A stretch of DNA of 64,000 nt from an uncultured virus (IMG/VR IMGVR_UViG_3300002835_000124). Its lineage: Duplodnaviria > Heunggongvirae > Uroviricota > Caudoviricetes. The notes below the pieces were generated by a model that was given only the letters and a program-made list of their open reading frames with translations, was not told the origin of the DNA and did no database searches. Positions 21,732-32,413 of this stretch are shown in pieces. Position numbers and translations under genes: made by a program. The stretch lies in the IMG/VR virus record IMGVR_UViG_3300002835_000124; one strand, given 5' to 3'. Each line of letters starts with the position of its first letter. Positions within the stretch are counted from its first letter, which is position 1.

Positions 21732-22219
21732 TAAAGGGAAATCAAAAAATATGGTTTCTAAATAATGACCTGGTAAGAATTCACCATAGTTCACGATCTA
21801 CTGGAATGGTTTCTTTTTATAATATAACTAAGGATAGAATTGAAACTTGTTTGCGTTCAGATTTTAGGAAAAATAGAGAAAGAGCCTATACTGTTGCAGA
21901 GACTGCTAAGTTAATTAATCGTCATAGAAAGTATATGCCTAAGTTAATTAAAACTGGAATGATTCCTCCACCAGTTGGTGCAAAGTTAAATGGTGAACGT
22001 GGATTTAGAATAAGATCTTATTATTCAGAAAGCATGGTTAGGGATATTCGTGCTATACTGGCTACTATACATATAGGACAACCAAGAAAAGATGGACTTA
22101 TAACAAATAATATGACACCCACAAGCCAAGAATTGACACGGCGAATGGGAGACGGTATACTTACATATACAAAGACAGAAGATGGCAGATTTATTCCTGT
22201 TTGGGCAGAAAATATTTAA
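21677..22219 (+). CDS. HTH DNA-binding protein (MerR/excisionase-like)
   Basis: YTVAETAKLINRH...LIKTGMIP...RSYYSE. Confidence 0.6.
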   Translation: MVTGKGIIQGEIYNNETVIKGNQKIWFLNNDLVRIHHSSRSTGMVSFYNITKDRIETCLRSDFRKNRERAYTVAETAKLINRHRKYMPKLIKTGMIPPPVGAKLNGERGFRIRSYYSESMVRDIRAILATIHIGQPRKDGLITNNMTPTSQELTRRMGDGILTYTKTEDGRFIPVWAENI

Positions 22220-22239
22220 CAATAGAAATGGTGGGGACA

Positions 22240-22452
22240 ATGGAAAACGAAAACACAAAGATATCAGTAGCGCTAGGATATACCCTCAACTTGGGTAATT
22301 TTCAATCACTAAGGTTTGACTTTGGTGTAGTTGACTCAAAGCGTGATGGCGAAAATACAGATCAGGCCTTTGAAAGAATGTATAAATTTGTTGAAGACAA
22401 ATTAACAGAAAAGGTTAAAGAAGCAGAAGCAGAGTCTGACAGTAAAGACTAA
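22240..22452 (+). CDS. Conserved phage hypothetical protein
   Basis: GYTLNLGNFQSLRFD motif. Start placed at ATG 22240 after GGTGGGG. Confidence 0.6.
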   Translation: MENENTKISVALGYTLNLGNFQSLRFDFGVVDSKRDGENTDQAFERMYKFVEDKLTEKVKEAEAESDSKD

Positions 22453-22760
22453 TGGCTGAACGCAAAGACCGAATGGCTTTGCTCAGTAGATTTAATAAGT
22501 TTTACCTGCAAAGGTACGAGCAAAAGTCTAACATGAACCTTAACGTAGAGCAATGGGCTGCCGATGCACTTATTGAGTCTTATGGTATATCACAATGTTA
22601 TGATTTATTAGAATATTATTTTAATATTGCACAAGAACCTACATGGAATTATTTTGCATACAATGCAGAAAAAATTCTTAATGGTAAACTAGAAGTAGAA
22701 GAAGATATTAAACAAAGAGCAGCATTAAGACAAAAAGCAAAGGAGTGGCTGAGTGAATAA
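22452..22760 (+). CDS. Hypothetical protein upstream of the helicase
   Basis: Translationally coupled ORF in the replication operon. Confidence 0.6.
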   Translation: MAERKDRMALLSRFNKFYLQRYEQKSNMNLNVEQWAADALIESYGISQCYDLLEYYFNIAQEPTWNYFAYNAEKILNGKLEVEEDIKQRAALRQKAKEWLSE

Positions 22761-23976
22761 TACAGAAGCAAAATTAATCACAGCAGTACTCAATGATAAA
22801 CAAATTCATGTTTTATTACAGGCTAATGTTGAAAATCTTTTAAGAACACATAACGATGTATGGAATTTTATTAGGTTGTATTCAGAAAACAATCAGTCAG
22901 TTCCTCCAGCATCTTTAGTAATAGAAAAATTTAGAGACTTTACCACAATAGATGGAGTTGGATCAACAAAACATCACCTTGAAGAATTACAAACAGAATA
23001 TTTAAATGATAGTTTAAAAGATATTTTACGTAACGCAGCATCAGAAGTTCAAGTAGGAAATGGCTCTAATGCACTTGAACAGTTAATCACAAAAACATCA
23101 GAGTTAAAAAAGAATACATCTGCTATTCGTGATATTGATGCAACAGATCTAGAGTCTGCACTTGCATATTATGAAAATGTACAAAAACAAAAAGAGACTG
23201 GTCAGATTGGTATTAAAACTAATCTTCCAGGATTTGATAATTATTTGCCTTCTGGAATTATGCCAGGTCAATTGGGAGTATTCCTAGCCTACCCTGGTAT
23301 TGGTAAGTCGTGGATGGCTCTATACTTTGCTGTACAGGCTTGGAAACAAGGCAAGTCTCCTTTAATTATTTCTCTTGAAATGTCTGAAACAGAAGTTCGT
23401 AATCGTGTGTTTGCAATTATGGGCGAAGGTGTTTGGTCTCATCGTAAACTAAGCAATGGTGAGGTAGAACTTGACATGCTTAAAAATTGGCATGCTAATA
23501 AAGTTGCGGGCAGACCAGAGTTTCATATTATTTCTAATGATAATGGTGGGGAAGTTACCCCATCAGTTATTCGTGGAAAGATTGACCAATATAGACCAGA
23601 CTTTGTTGTTGTAGACTATTTACAACTTATGAGTCCAAATCAAAAGTCAGATAATGAAACGGTACGAATGAAGAACCTTTCACGAGAACTTAAACTTATG
23701 GCTATTAGTGAAGAAGTTCCGATCATTGCCATCTCATCTGCCACTCCAGATGATGTAAAAGATCTCAGTAGTGCACCAACTTTGGGTCAAACAGCATGGT
23801 CTAGACAGATTGCTTATGATGCTGACTGGGTAATGGCCCTTGGTCGTGCTACCAATAGTGATATTATTGAATGTGTATTTAGAAAAAATCGTAATGGTTT
23901 TATGGGTGATTTTTTAGTGCAAGTAGATTTTGATAAAGGGTATTATCGTTATAAGGATTTTGAAGATGGCAAGTAA
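22753..23976 (+). CDS. dnaB: DnaB-like replicative helicase
   Basis: Walker A AYPGIGKS, SLEM, VVVDYLQLM, IAYDAD, KNRNG. Confidence 0.95.
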   Translation: MNNTEAKLITAVLNDKQIHVLLQANVENLLRTHNDVWNFIRLYSENNQSVPPASLVIEKFRDFTTIDGVGSTKHHLEELQTEYLNDSLKDILRNAASEVQVGNGSNALEQLITKTSELKKNTSAIRDIDATDLESALAYYENVQKQKETGQIGIKTNLPGFDNYLPSGIMPGQLGVFLAYPGIGKSWMALYFAVQAWKQGKSPLIISLEMSETEVRNRVFAIMGEGVWSHRKLSNGEVELDMLKNWHANKVAGRPEFHIISNDNGGEVTPSVIRGKIDQYRPDFVVVDYLQLMSPNQKSDNETVRMKNLSRELKLMAISEEVPIIAISSATPDDVKDLSSAPTLGQTAWSRQIAYDADWVMALGRATNSDIIECVFRKNRNGFMGDFLVQVDFDKGYYRYKDFEDGK

Positions 23977-24892
23977 AGATTCTTATACTGCAGACCAAGT
24001 TCGTCGTGTTTTAATTGGGGCAGGTGTTGACATTGAGGCAGAATATGGAACCGACTATATAATTTTTTGTCCTTACCATAATAATAATAGAACTCCTGCT
24101 GGAGAAGTATCAAAAGATCATGGAATGTTTTTTTGTTTTGGATGTCAAACTACACGAACTTTAATTGAGTTTGTAATGCATATATCAAATAGAACATATT
24201 TTGAGTCTGTTAGATATATTAAAAGTAAAGAGCAAGAAACAAGTATTGAGGATTCTATAAACAAAGCGTTAATAGATAAGCCAGACTTTGTGCAATATGA
24301 TGAACTACTTATTAAAAGATTAAATAATCAAGCACTTGAATCTCCAAGAGCAATAAGATATTTTGAAGGAAGAAAAATAACAAAAGACTCTGTAATTAAG
24401 TTTAATCTTGGATATTCCGACAAACAAGATTCTGTAACTATACCAGTACACTCCCCTGACGGCATGTGTATAGGATTTGTTGCAAGAACCATTGAGGGTA
24501 AAGAATTTAAAAATACTCCAGGTTTACCAAAAGGAAAGATTCTTTTTAATTTGCATAGAATAAAAACATCAAATATAGTTTATGTAGTAGAATCATCTTT
24601 TGATGCAATTAGACTAGATCAAGTAGGTTTCCCTGCCGTTGCTACGTTAGGGGCTAATGTTTCTGCAGCACAGATAAAACTATTAGAAAAATATTTTAAT
24701 AGCATTGTCTTAATTGCAGATAACGATGATGCAGGAATGATAATGAGAGATAAGTTAATTGAAAAACTTGGACCAGTTGTCACTTCTGTTTATATAGATA
24801 AAAAATATAAAGATATAGGCGATATGGATGATGATTCAATTAAAAAACTGGAGTTCCAGTTTGACAATTCTATTATCGGCATGTTAAAATAG
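23966..24892 (+). CDS. dnaG: DNA primase (CHC2 zinc finger + TOPRIM)
   Basis: CPYH...CFGC zinc finger; VVESSFD; ADNDDAG. Start placed at ATG 23966. Confidence 0.9.
   Translation: MASKDSYTADQVRRVLIGAGVDIEAEYGTDYIIFCPYHNNNRTPAGEVSKDHGMFFCFGCQTTRTLIEFVMHISNRTYFESVRYIKSKEQETSIEDSINKALIDKPDFVQYDELLIKRLNNQALESPRAIRYFEGRKITKDSVIKFNLGYSDKQDSVTIPVHSPDGMCIGFVARTIEGKEFKNTPGLPKGKILFNLHRIKTSNIVYVVESSFDAIRLDQVGFPAVATLGANVSAAQIKLLEKYFNSIVLIADNDDAGMIMRDKLIEKLGPVVTSVYIDKKYKDIGDMDDDSIKKLEFQFDNSIIGMLK
24861..24890 (+). promoter_or_regulatory. Sigma-A-type promoter for the SSB-DnaE-RecA genes
   Basis: TTGACA-N18-TAAAAT with an extended TG, in the primase 3' end. Confidence 0.6.
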
Positions 24893-24920
24893 ATAAAAGC
24901 ATACAAGGAGAAAAAATAAT

Positions 24921-25577
24921 ATGACTATAGTAAAGGGACTAAAAAACATTAACGCCCTAGTTGACAAACCAAAATATGATGAAAATTCACCAAAGGTAAG
25001 ATGGTTAAAACTTGCCGATGGTCAATCAGCAAAAATTCGTTTCATTGAAGAACTAGATGAGGACTCTGCAAACTACAATGCAGAACGTGGTCTTGCACTA
25101 GTTGTAAAGGAACACACAAATCCAAAAGACTACAAGCGCAAGGCTGTAGATACAATGGAGTCAGAAGGTCGTGACTGGGCAGAAGAAATGCACCGTAAAG
25201 ATCCAAAGGCTGGCTGGAGAGCACGTCTTCGTTTCTATTGCAATGTTCTAGTTGACGATGGCATTGAACCACCTTATGTGGCTATTTGGTCAATGGGTGT
25301 TAGCAAGCAATCAGCATTTAATACAATTCGTGAGTATGCTCTTGAAACAGGAAGCATCTCTAACGTACTATGGAAAGTAAAGCGTAATGGTCAGGGAACT
25401 GAAACATCTTATACAACTATTCCAGGTGCACCAGACAAGGAACCATTTGATTGGTCCGAAGTTAAGCCATATCCTCTTGAGTTGGCACTAAAGAAAATTC
25501 CTTATGCCGAGCAAGAAGCATTCTATTTGGGCTTTGATGGCCCAACAACTTCATCTGCAACCAACGTAGATTGGTAA
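24921..25577 (+). CDS. Single-stranded DNA-binding protein (gp32-like)
   Basis: WLKLADGQSAKIRF, KRNGQGTETSY, acidic/aromatic C-terminus; between primase and polymerase. Confidence 0.7.
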   Translation: MTIVKGLKNINALVDKPKYDENSPKVRWLKLADGQSAKIRFIEELDEDSANYNAERGLALVVKEHTNPKDYKRKAVDTMESEGRDWAEEMHRKDPKAGWRARLRFYCNVLVDDGIEPPYVAIWSMGVSKQSAFNTIREYALETGSISNVLWKVKRNGQGTETSYTTIPGAPDKEPFDWSEVKPYPLELALKKIPYAEQEAFYLGFDGPTTSSATNVDW

Positions 25578-25578
25578 G

Positions 25579-28500
25579 ATGAGTTACGTAGGCTTACACG
25601 TACACACACACTATTCATTATTTGATGGTGTTGCTACTCCAGAAGAATATATTGACCGAGCAGTTGAACTTGGTATGCCAGCATTGGCTATCACAGATCA
25701 CGGAACTTTATCTGGGCATCGGGAACTGTACCGAATTGCAAAAGCAAAAGGTGTAAAGCCTATTCTTGGCGTAGAAGGATATTTTTGTGCTGATAGATTT
25801 GATAAGAGGGCAAAAGCAGAACGCACTGAGCCAACTGATATGGTCTATAACCACATTATCCTTCTCGCTAAGAACCAACTTGGTTTAGAGAATCTAAACA
25901 AGATTAATGAAATTGCTTGGACTGAAGGATATTTCAGTAAGCCACGCTTTGACTTTGAAGTTCTTGAGAAGTACAGCGAAGGCATTATTGTTTTATCTGG
26001 ATGTCTAAGCGGTATCATTGCAAAGGCTATTGAGCATGGAGAGTATGCTCAGGCAAAGAAGCATATTGAATGGTTTAAAAAAGTATTTAAAGATGACTTC
26101 TATATGGAGTTAATGCCACACAATGGTGCAGAAGTTAATAAGCAGTTATCAGATCTTGCAGATGAGTTTAAGGTTGAAGTTGTAGTAACACCAGACTGTC
26201 ACCATGTTGACGATTCACAAAAGGAAATACAAGAGTTTAAGTTACTTATGAACTCTCACGCAAAGGTGCAAAAAGATGCAACATATGAAAAATCAAAAAA
26301 GAAAGGCAATATGCTGCAACGCCTAGACTACTTGTATGGCGAAGACCGACAAATGTCATTCAATAAGTTTGACATTCACCTTTTATCTTATGATGAGATG
26401 AAGGTTGCCATGGAATTGCAGGGTATAGTGAGAGAAGATATGTATATCAACTCTATAGCCATTGCAGATAAGATTGAAGATTATGATATTAAGGATGGTT
26501 TAAATTTATTACCAGTCCAGTATAAAAATCCTGCCAAAGAACTTAGGTCTATTGCTATACAAGGTTTAAAGGATCGTGGTTTAGATTTAGACAAAGTTTA
26601 TCTAGATAGACTAGATGAAGAGTTGGAAATTATTAAATCAAAAAACTTTGATTCATATTTTCTTGTTGTTCAGAGTATGATTGCTTGGGCTAAAAAAGAA
26701 AAAATTATGGTTGGTCCAGGTCGTGGATCTTCTGCGGGATCTTTAGTTTGTTATGCACTTGGTATTACAGATATTGACCCTATCAAGTATGGCCTATTGT
26801 TCTTCCGCTTTATTAATCCAGAGCGTAATGACTTTCCAGATATTGACACCGACATTCAGGATTCTCGTCGTGAAGAAGTAAAAGATTATCTTGTTAGACA
26901 ATATAGGCATGTTGCATCTATTGCTACCTTCTTACAGTTTACTGGTAAAGGCATTGTTCGTGATGTATCAAGAGTATTAAACATTCCTCTTTCAGATGTA
27001 AACAAAGTGTTAAAAACCGTAGATACATGGGATGATTTTTGTAGTTCTAAATCAACGCTAGACTTTCGCAATAAATATCCAGAAGTAGAGATATACGGAG
27101 AACAACTTCGTGGTCGTATTCGTGGTACAGGAATTCATGCTGCTGGTGTTGTAACTGCAAAAGAACCAATATTTAGGCATGCCCCTATGGAAACAAGATC
27201 TTCTACTGGCAGCGATGAACGTATACCAGTTGTTGGAGTTGACATGGAAGAGGCAGAAAGAATTGGCTTAGTTAAGATTGATGCACTAGGCCTAAAGACT
27301 CTTAGCGTTATTAAAGATACTATTGATATGATTAAAACAAATCACTTTAAAGATATTAATTTATTAGAAATTAATCTTGAAGATGCTAATGTATATGAAA
27401 TGTTATCAAGCGGATTTACTAAAGGAGTGTTTCAATGTGAGGCAACTCCTTACACAAACCTTCTCGTTAAGATGGGTGTAAAAAACTTAAACGAACTTGC
27501 TGCATCTAATGCTCTTGTTCGTCCAGGTGCTATGAACACTATTGGTAAAGACTATATTGCTCGTAAGCATGGAAAACAGTCGGTATCATATAGTCATCAG
27601 GTAATGAAACCATTTACGGAGGACACTTATGGCTGTGTTTTATACCAGGAACAGGTTATGCAAGCATGCGTATACCTTGGAGGCATGTCCATGTCGGAAG
27701 CAGATAAAGTTAGAAAAATCATTGGCAAGAAAAAAGATGCTAAAGAGTTTGATGTATTCAAAGACAAGTTCGTTAAAGGTGCTTCTGCCTATATTAGTCC
27801 CAATCAGGCTCTTGATTTATGGCATGACTTTGAAGCGCATGCGGGCTACTCATTCAACAAGAGTCATGCGGTTGCTTACTCTACAGTCTCGTATTGGACG
27901 GCGTGGTTAAAGTATTATTATCCTCTTGAATTTATGTTTGCACTTCTTAAAAATGAAAAAGATAAAGATGGTCGCACAGAATATCTAATTGAGGCTAAGC
28001 GCATGGGTATTTCAATTAAACTACCTCATATTAATGATTCAGATACAGATTTTAAGATTGAGGGTAAGGGTATTCGTTTTGGGCTTAGTGCTATTAAGTA
28101 CATATCTGACACAATTGCAGAAAGGTACATTGCAGCAAGACCATTTAAATCTTATAAAGAACTTGAGGAATTTACTTTTACTAAAGGGAATGGGGTTAAT
28201 AGTCGTGCATTACAGGCATTAAGATCAATTGGTGCTGCTACATTTCCAGATAATCCAAGAAATGATGATGAGATTAAAGAGAACCTGTATGATTATCTAA
28301 ACCTTCCAGAGTTTAATATTACAATTCCATCCCACTACTATGCATTTATTAATGATGTGGAAGATTTTGAAGAAAAGGGTTCTTTCATATTAATGGGAAT
28401 GGTTAAAACAATTAAAAGAGGAACTGGGTGGTCACGAGTTGAAGTTCTTGATAAGACAGGCTCTGTTGGTATATTTGATGAAGAATCAACGACTATTGAG

Positions 28501-28854
28501 ACAGGTCGTACCTATTTAATTCTTGCTAGCGATAACAGGATCGTTTCTGCAATTCCTGTAGATGAAATAAAAGAATCTTCAAATGCATTAATTAAATTCT
28601 TAAGTTATAAGCAACTGCCTTATAAAGAAGACGAAATGTTTGTTGTTTCTTTTAAACCAAGAATTACAAAGGCTGGAAAAAAAATGGCTTCACTTACATT
28701 AGCAGATACTGCACGAGACTTACACTCTGTTACAGTATTCCCAACAGCATTTCCAAAAGCCTACATGCATGTTCAAGAAGGCAATGCATATAAATTTAGT
28801 TTTGGTAAAACCAAAGATGGAACCGTTATAATGGAGGATGTAAATGTCGGTTAG
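25579..28854 (+). CDS. dnaE: DNA polymerase III alpha subunit
   Basis: PHP HVHTHYS/TDHG, GPGRGS, FPDIDTD, GIHAAG, KIDALGL, YSFNKSH. Confidence 0.97.
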   Translation: MSYVGLHVHTHYSLFDGVATPEEYIDRAVELGMPALAITDHGTLSGHRELYRIAKAKGVKPILGVEGYFCADRFDKRAKAERTEPTDMVYNHIILLAKNQLGLENLNKINEIAWTEGYFSKPRFDFEVLEKYSEGIIVLSGCLSGIIAKAIEHGEYAQAKKHIEWFKKVFKDDFYMELMPHNGAEVNKQLSDLADEFKVEVVVTPDCHHVDDSQKEIQEFKLLMNSHAKVQKDATYEKSKKKGNMLQRLDYLYGEDRQMSFNKFDIHLLSYDEMKVAMELQGIVREDMYINSIAIADKIEDYDIKDGLNLLPVQYKNPAKELRSIAIQGLKDRGLDLDKVYLDRLDEELEIIKSKNFDSYFLVVQSMIAWAKKEKIMVGPGRGSSAGSLVCYALGITDIDPIKYGLLFFRFINPERNDFPDIDTDIQDSRREEVKDYLVRQYRHVASIATFLQFTGKGIVRDVSRVLNIPLSDVNKVLKTVDTWDDFCSSKSTLDFRNKYPEVEIYGEQLRGRIRGTGIHAAGVVTAKEPIFRHAPMETRSSTGSDERIPVVGVDMEEAERIGLVKIDALGLKTLSVIKDTIDMIKTNHFKDINLLEINLEDANVYEMLSSGFTKGVFQCEATPYTNLLVKMGVKNLNELAASNALVRPGAMNTIGKDYIARKHGKQSVSYSHQVMKPFTEDTYGCVLYQEQVMQACVYLGGMSMSEADKVRKIIGKKKDAKEFDVFKDKFVKGASAYISPNQALDLWHDFEAHAGYSFNKSHAVAYSTVSYWTAWLKYYYPLEFMFALLKNEKDKDGRTEYLIEAKRMGISIKLPHINDSDTDFKIEGKGIRFGLSAIKYISDTIAERYIAARPFKSYKELEEFTFTKGNGVNSRALQALRSIGAATFPDNPRNDDEIKENLYDYLNLPEFNITIPSHYYAFINDVEDFEEKGSFILMGMVKTIKRGTGWSRVEVLDKTGSVGIFDEESTTIETGRTYLILASDNRIVSAIPVDEIKESSNALIKFLSYKQLPYKEDEMFVVSFKPRITKAGKKMASLTLADTARDLHSVTVFPTAFPKAYMHVQEGNAYKFSFGKTKDGTVIMEDVNVG

Positions 28855-29857
28855 TGTAGAAGATGTATTATCTCAGTTAGACCCAAAAATTAGAAAGCGA
28901 CTTGGAACTGGAGAGGGAATTAATTTTGAATATCAGCCAACGCCAAGTTTTGGTTTAAATCGTGCATTAGGAGGAGGCTTACCTTACGGTAGGCAGGTAC
29001 TAATTTGGGGCAGCAAGTCTTCTGCTAAATCTTCTATGTGTTTGCAAATGATTGCTTTAGCACAAAAAGAAGGTAAGGTATGCGCCTGGATTGATTCTGA
29101 AATGTCGTACTCAGAAGATTGGGCAAAACAATTAGGGGTAGATCCAACAAAACTGATTTATTCACAAGCACGTACTATTAGCGATATGGTAGATGTTGGT
29201 GTAGGACTAATAAATGCTGGTGTTGATCTAATCGTAATTGACTCAATTACCTCAATGCTTCCTGCTATATATTTTGAAAAAGATTCGGATGAAATGAAAG
29301 CACTTGAAAATACAAAACAGATTGGCGCTGAGTCTAGAGATTTTAGTAATGCCTGGAAGATGCTTAATTATGCAAATAATAAAGTAAAGCCTACACTTCT
29401 TGTTCTTATTTCTCAGTCTAGAAATAATATTAATGCAATGTACACAAGTCAGCAACCATCTGGTGGTCAGGCCACCAAGTTTTATTCTTCTTGTGTAATT
29501 AAATTATTTTCTTCAGAATCTGATAACCAAGCACTTAAAGGAAAAATTAAAATTGGTGACAAACTAATTGAAGAAAAAATTGGTAGAAAGATTCGCTGGG
29601 AACTTCAATTCTCCAAAACTTCTCCAGGATTTCAATCTGGCGAATATGATTTTTATTTTAGAGGTGATAATATTGGCATTGATGCAATTGGAGATTTAGT
29701 TGATACTGCAGAGTCAATTGGCTTACTTAATAGAACTGGCGCATGGTATCAATTAGATGATGGAACAAAAGTACAAGGTCGTGATGGTTTAATTAATCGT
29801 GTTAAAGAAGATTTAGATTTACAAGAAACACTTAGGACAAAAATAATTAATGTCTGA
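28844..29857 (+). CDS. recA: RecA-like recombinase
   Basis: ALGGGLPYGR, GSKSSAKS Walker A, WIDSE, IVIDS, SGGQATKFY, GAWY. Confidence 0.93.
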   Translation: MSVSVEDVLSQLDPKIRKRLGTGEGINFEYQPTPSFGLNRALGGGLPYGRQVLIWGSKSSAKSSMCLQMIALAQKEGKVCAWIDSEMSYSEDWAKQLGVDPTKLIYSQARTISDMVDVGVGLINAGVDLIVIDSITSMLPAIYFEKDSDEMKALENTKQIGAESRDFSNAWKMLNYANNKVKPTLLVLISQSRNNINAMYTSQQPSGGQATKFYSSCVIKLFSSESDNQALKGKIKIGDKLIEEKIGRKIRWELQFSKTSPGFQSGEYDFYFRGDNIGIDAIGDLVDTAESIGLLNRTGAWYQLDDGTKVQGRDGLINRVKEDLDLQETLRTKIINV

Positions 29858-30032
29858 ACAAAATTTTTCTACATATGAAGGTAAATGGCCTTGTAAAACT
29901 TGTCAAGAAATTGTAAAAGTGTTAAGGTTTTATGCAAAAACTGGAGATGCTACTTGGATGTGTTCGCAAAAACATATTTCAAAAGTTAACTTAATTCCTA
30001 TTAAAAAAAAGAAAAGAGACTATTTAAAGTGA
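29850..30032 (+). CDS. Small Cys/His protein
   Basis: CKTC...CSQKH; coupled to recA. Confidence 0.6.
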   Translation: MSEQNFSTYEGKWPCKTCQEIVKVLRFYAKTGDATWMCSQKHISKVNLIPIKKKKRDYLK

Positions 30033-30607
30033 ATAATAAAATTGATACAGGATTTTATAATTTTTTAGATAAAAATATTTATGGACAAAGTTTAATTCAT
30101 TTAATTAATCTATATTTACCTAAAAATTCTACTATCGTAGAAGTAGGAACTGGTGCTGGTACAACAGTATGTATGCTTGCTCAGCACTGCCCCAATATTA
30201 AAAAAATATATACAATAGATCCATATATACCTTATACTACAACATGGGTAGAAAATAATGATCATTTTGGTAAAAAAGAAGTTGATAATTTAAAAATTCT
30301 TGCAGAGCATAATATTAAATTTAGTGGATTTCAAGAAAAAATAGAGTTAATAAATTTAGAATCTGACCTAGCCTTATCAATGTTTGATAAAGAATCTATA
30401 GATTTACTTTTTTATGATGCAACACAAAGTTTAGAAATGACACATAAAGATATTAGTAATTGGTATAAAAAAATAAAAATAGGTGGAATTATTTCTGGTC
30501 ACTGTTGGAATATTTTACAAGATGCAATTTTAAATTTTAAAAATAATATAGGTGAAGATAATATTTTAAGTATTCATGATAATGTTTGGGCATGGATAAA
30601 AAAGTGA
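30029..30607 (+). CDS. Class I SAM-dependent methyltransferase (Methyltransf_24-like)
   Basis: IVEVGTGAG, YTIDP, IDLLFYDA, KIGGIISGH. Confidence 0.85.
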   Translation: MNNKIDTGFYNFLDKNIYGQSLIHLINLYLPKNSTIVEVGTGAGTTVCMLAQHCPNIKKIYTIDPYIPYTTTWVENNDHFGKKEVDNLKILAEHNIKFSGFQEKIELINLESDLALSMFDKESIDLLFYDATQSLEMTHKDISNWYKKIKIGGIISGHCWNILQDAILNFKNNIGEDNILSIHDNVWAWIKK

Positions 30608-30894
30608 CAGAAAAAAATGAATCAAAAAGAATAGGAGCAAAACAACATAAAAACTCTGGTCGTAACACTAAAAAGGGTGATGCTACTTGGAGAGGATTTG
30701 TTGTTGACTTTAAAGAAAGCAAAAAATCTTTTACATTAAATAAAGATATTTGGGCCAAGGCTGTTACTGATTCTATTCAGGCGGGTAGAGATAAATCTCC
30801 AGCAATTGTTGTAATTCTTGGAGAAGGTAATACAAAGGTAAGGCTTGCTATAATTGAAATGAACATGCTAGAGCAATTAACAGAGGAGAAATAG
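30604..30894 (+). CDS. Putative PD-(D/E)XK Holliday junction resolvase
   Basis: E...NSG...KGD...VDFKE pattern. GTG start overlaps the upstream stop. Confidence 0.65.
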   Translation: MTEKNESKRIGAKQHKNSGRNTKKGDATWRGFVVDFKESKKSFTLNKDIWAKAVTDSIQAGRDKSPAIVVILGEGNTKVRLAIIEMNMLEQLTEEK

Positions 30895-32079
30895 ATGATA
30901 TTAAGAAATCCAACAGAAATATTTCTAGTTAGTTTGCTTGTTATTTTTTTACTCCCATATCTTTTTTGGAAATTTTTTAAAACAGACAACTATATGCCAT
31001 TAGCAGTGGTTCAAATTGTTTCTGGAATTATTCTTGGACCAGGAATACTTGGAAAACAGTTTCCAGAATTTTATAATACAATATTTACAGAAGATAATAT
31101 TAAGGTTTTAAGCGGAATAGCCTGGTGGGGTGTAATGTTATTCGTTTGGACCGCTGGCGTTGAATTAAATTTAAAAGAGGCAATTACTAAAAAGAAAGAC
31201 ACACTGGTAACATCTGCATTTGCTCTTTTAACTCCTCTATGTTTTGGTTCTATTCTTGCATTAATTATTTCAAATTATCCTGGATGGGAAGGTAATAATG
31301 CTAGTACATGGCAATTTACTTTTGGAGTTGGAATGGCTACAGCAGTAACTGCATTACCAATTTTAATTCTCCTTATGGAAAAACTTGGAATTTTTAATAA
31401 AGAATTAGGTAAAAGAACATTAAGATATGCAAGCCTAGATGATATTTTTATTTGGGCAGTACTTGCTATTATTATTATGGATTGGCAAAGAGTTATTAGA
31501 CAAATAATTTTCTTACCAATATTTGTATTATTTTCTTATTTATTAAACAAACTTATTGCAAAAGTTCCAGAATCTCGTGATCGCTGGGCAATAGCAATGC
31601 TTTGGATTATTGTGGTTGGATTTGCAGCAGATTGGTCTGGATTACATTATATGGTTGGTGCATTCCTTGCTGGAGTAACAATGAAGTCTGAATGGTTTAA
31701 TAAAAATGAAATGAAAATGTTTAGAGATAATATACTTTTAATTCTTATGCCAGTGTTTTTTCTTATTACTGGTTTAAAAACTGGTTGGTCTGTATCTGGT
31801 ACATTTGTAATACTTGTTGCTATTATTCTGTTAATTGTACAATTTATGTCAAAGATTTTAGGAGTTTTGATTGCTGGAAAAATTCTGAAATGGAAAAAAA
31901 CAGATGCTTTTGTTATTGGGGTACTACTTCAAACAAAGGCTTTAATTGAAATTATTTTTTGTACAGTTTTATTAGATAAGGGAATAATTACATCTCAAAT
32001 GTTTACTGCATTACTAATAATGGCAATATTAAGCACAATCAGCACTATGCCAATAACAAGGAGGTTAGTTAAAAAATGA
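30895..32079 (+). CDS. Cation:proton antiporter (CPA2 / Na_H_Exchanger family)
   Basis: Many hydrophobic segments; GIILGPGILG, AGVELN, VTALPIL, ASLDD, GAFLAG, PVFF..TG. Confidence 0.9.
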   Translation: MILRNPTEIFLVSLLVIFLLPYLFWKFFKTDNYMPLAVVQIVSGIILGPGILGKQFPEFYNTIFTEDNIKVLSGIAWWGVMLFVWTAGVELNLKEAITKKKDTLVTSAFALLTPLCFGSILALIISNYPGWEGNNASTWQFTFGVGMATAVTALPILILLMEKLGIFNKELGKRTLRYASLDDIFIWAVLAIIIMDWQRVIRQIIFLPIFVLFSYLLNKLIAKVPESRDRWAIAMLWIIVVGFAADWSGLHYMVGAFLAGVTMKSEWFNKNEMKMFRDNILLILMPVFFLITGLKTGWSVSGTFVILVAIILLIVQFMSKILGVLIAGKILKWKKTDAFVIGVLLQTKALIEIIFCTVLLDKGIITSQMFTALLIMAILSTISTMPITRRLVKK

Positions 32080-32381
32080 CAACAGAAAAAACAACACTAG
32101 AGATGGTTAATGGGCTTGTAGAAATTGCAGACTATATGCAAGATGAAGAACTTACTGCTGCCCTAACATTTATTGCCAAGGTAATAATTAAGCCAGACAT
32201 TCCTGCTCAAGTAGCAAGTATTGAGATAGTAAGGCTTCAAGCAATAGCAGCAAAGATGGCTTTCAGGGCTACCTGGATGGCCAATGTAGACAAAAATGAT
32301 CGTGCCAAAAAGAACATATATTACACAGCAGCAGAATCTATAAACAACTTGGTGTCAGCGCTTAAATATATAATGCGCTAA
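32076..32381 (+). CDS. Conserved phage hypothetical protein
   Basis: Coupled helical ORF. Confidence 0.6.
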   Translation: MTTEKTTLEMVNGLVEIADYMQDEELTAALTFIAKVIIKPDIPAQVASIEIVRLQAIAAKMAFRATWMANVDKNDRAKKNIYYTAAESINNLVSALKYIMR

Positions 32382-32413
32382 CCTGCTATACTTAATACAA
32401 ACAAAGGATAAAA

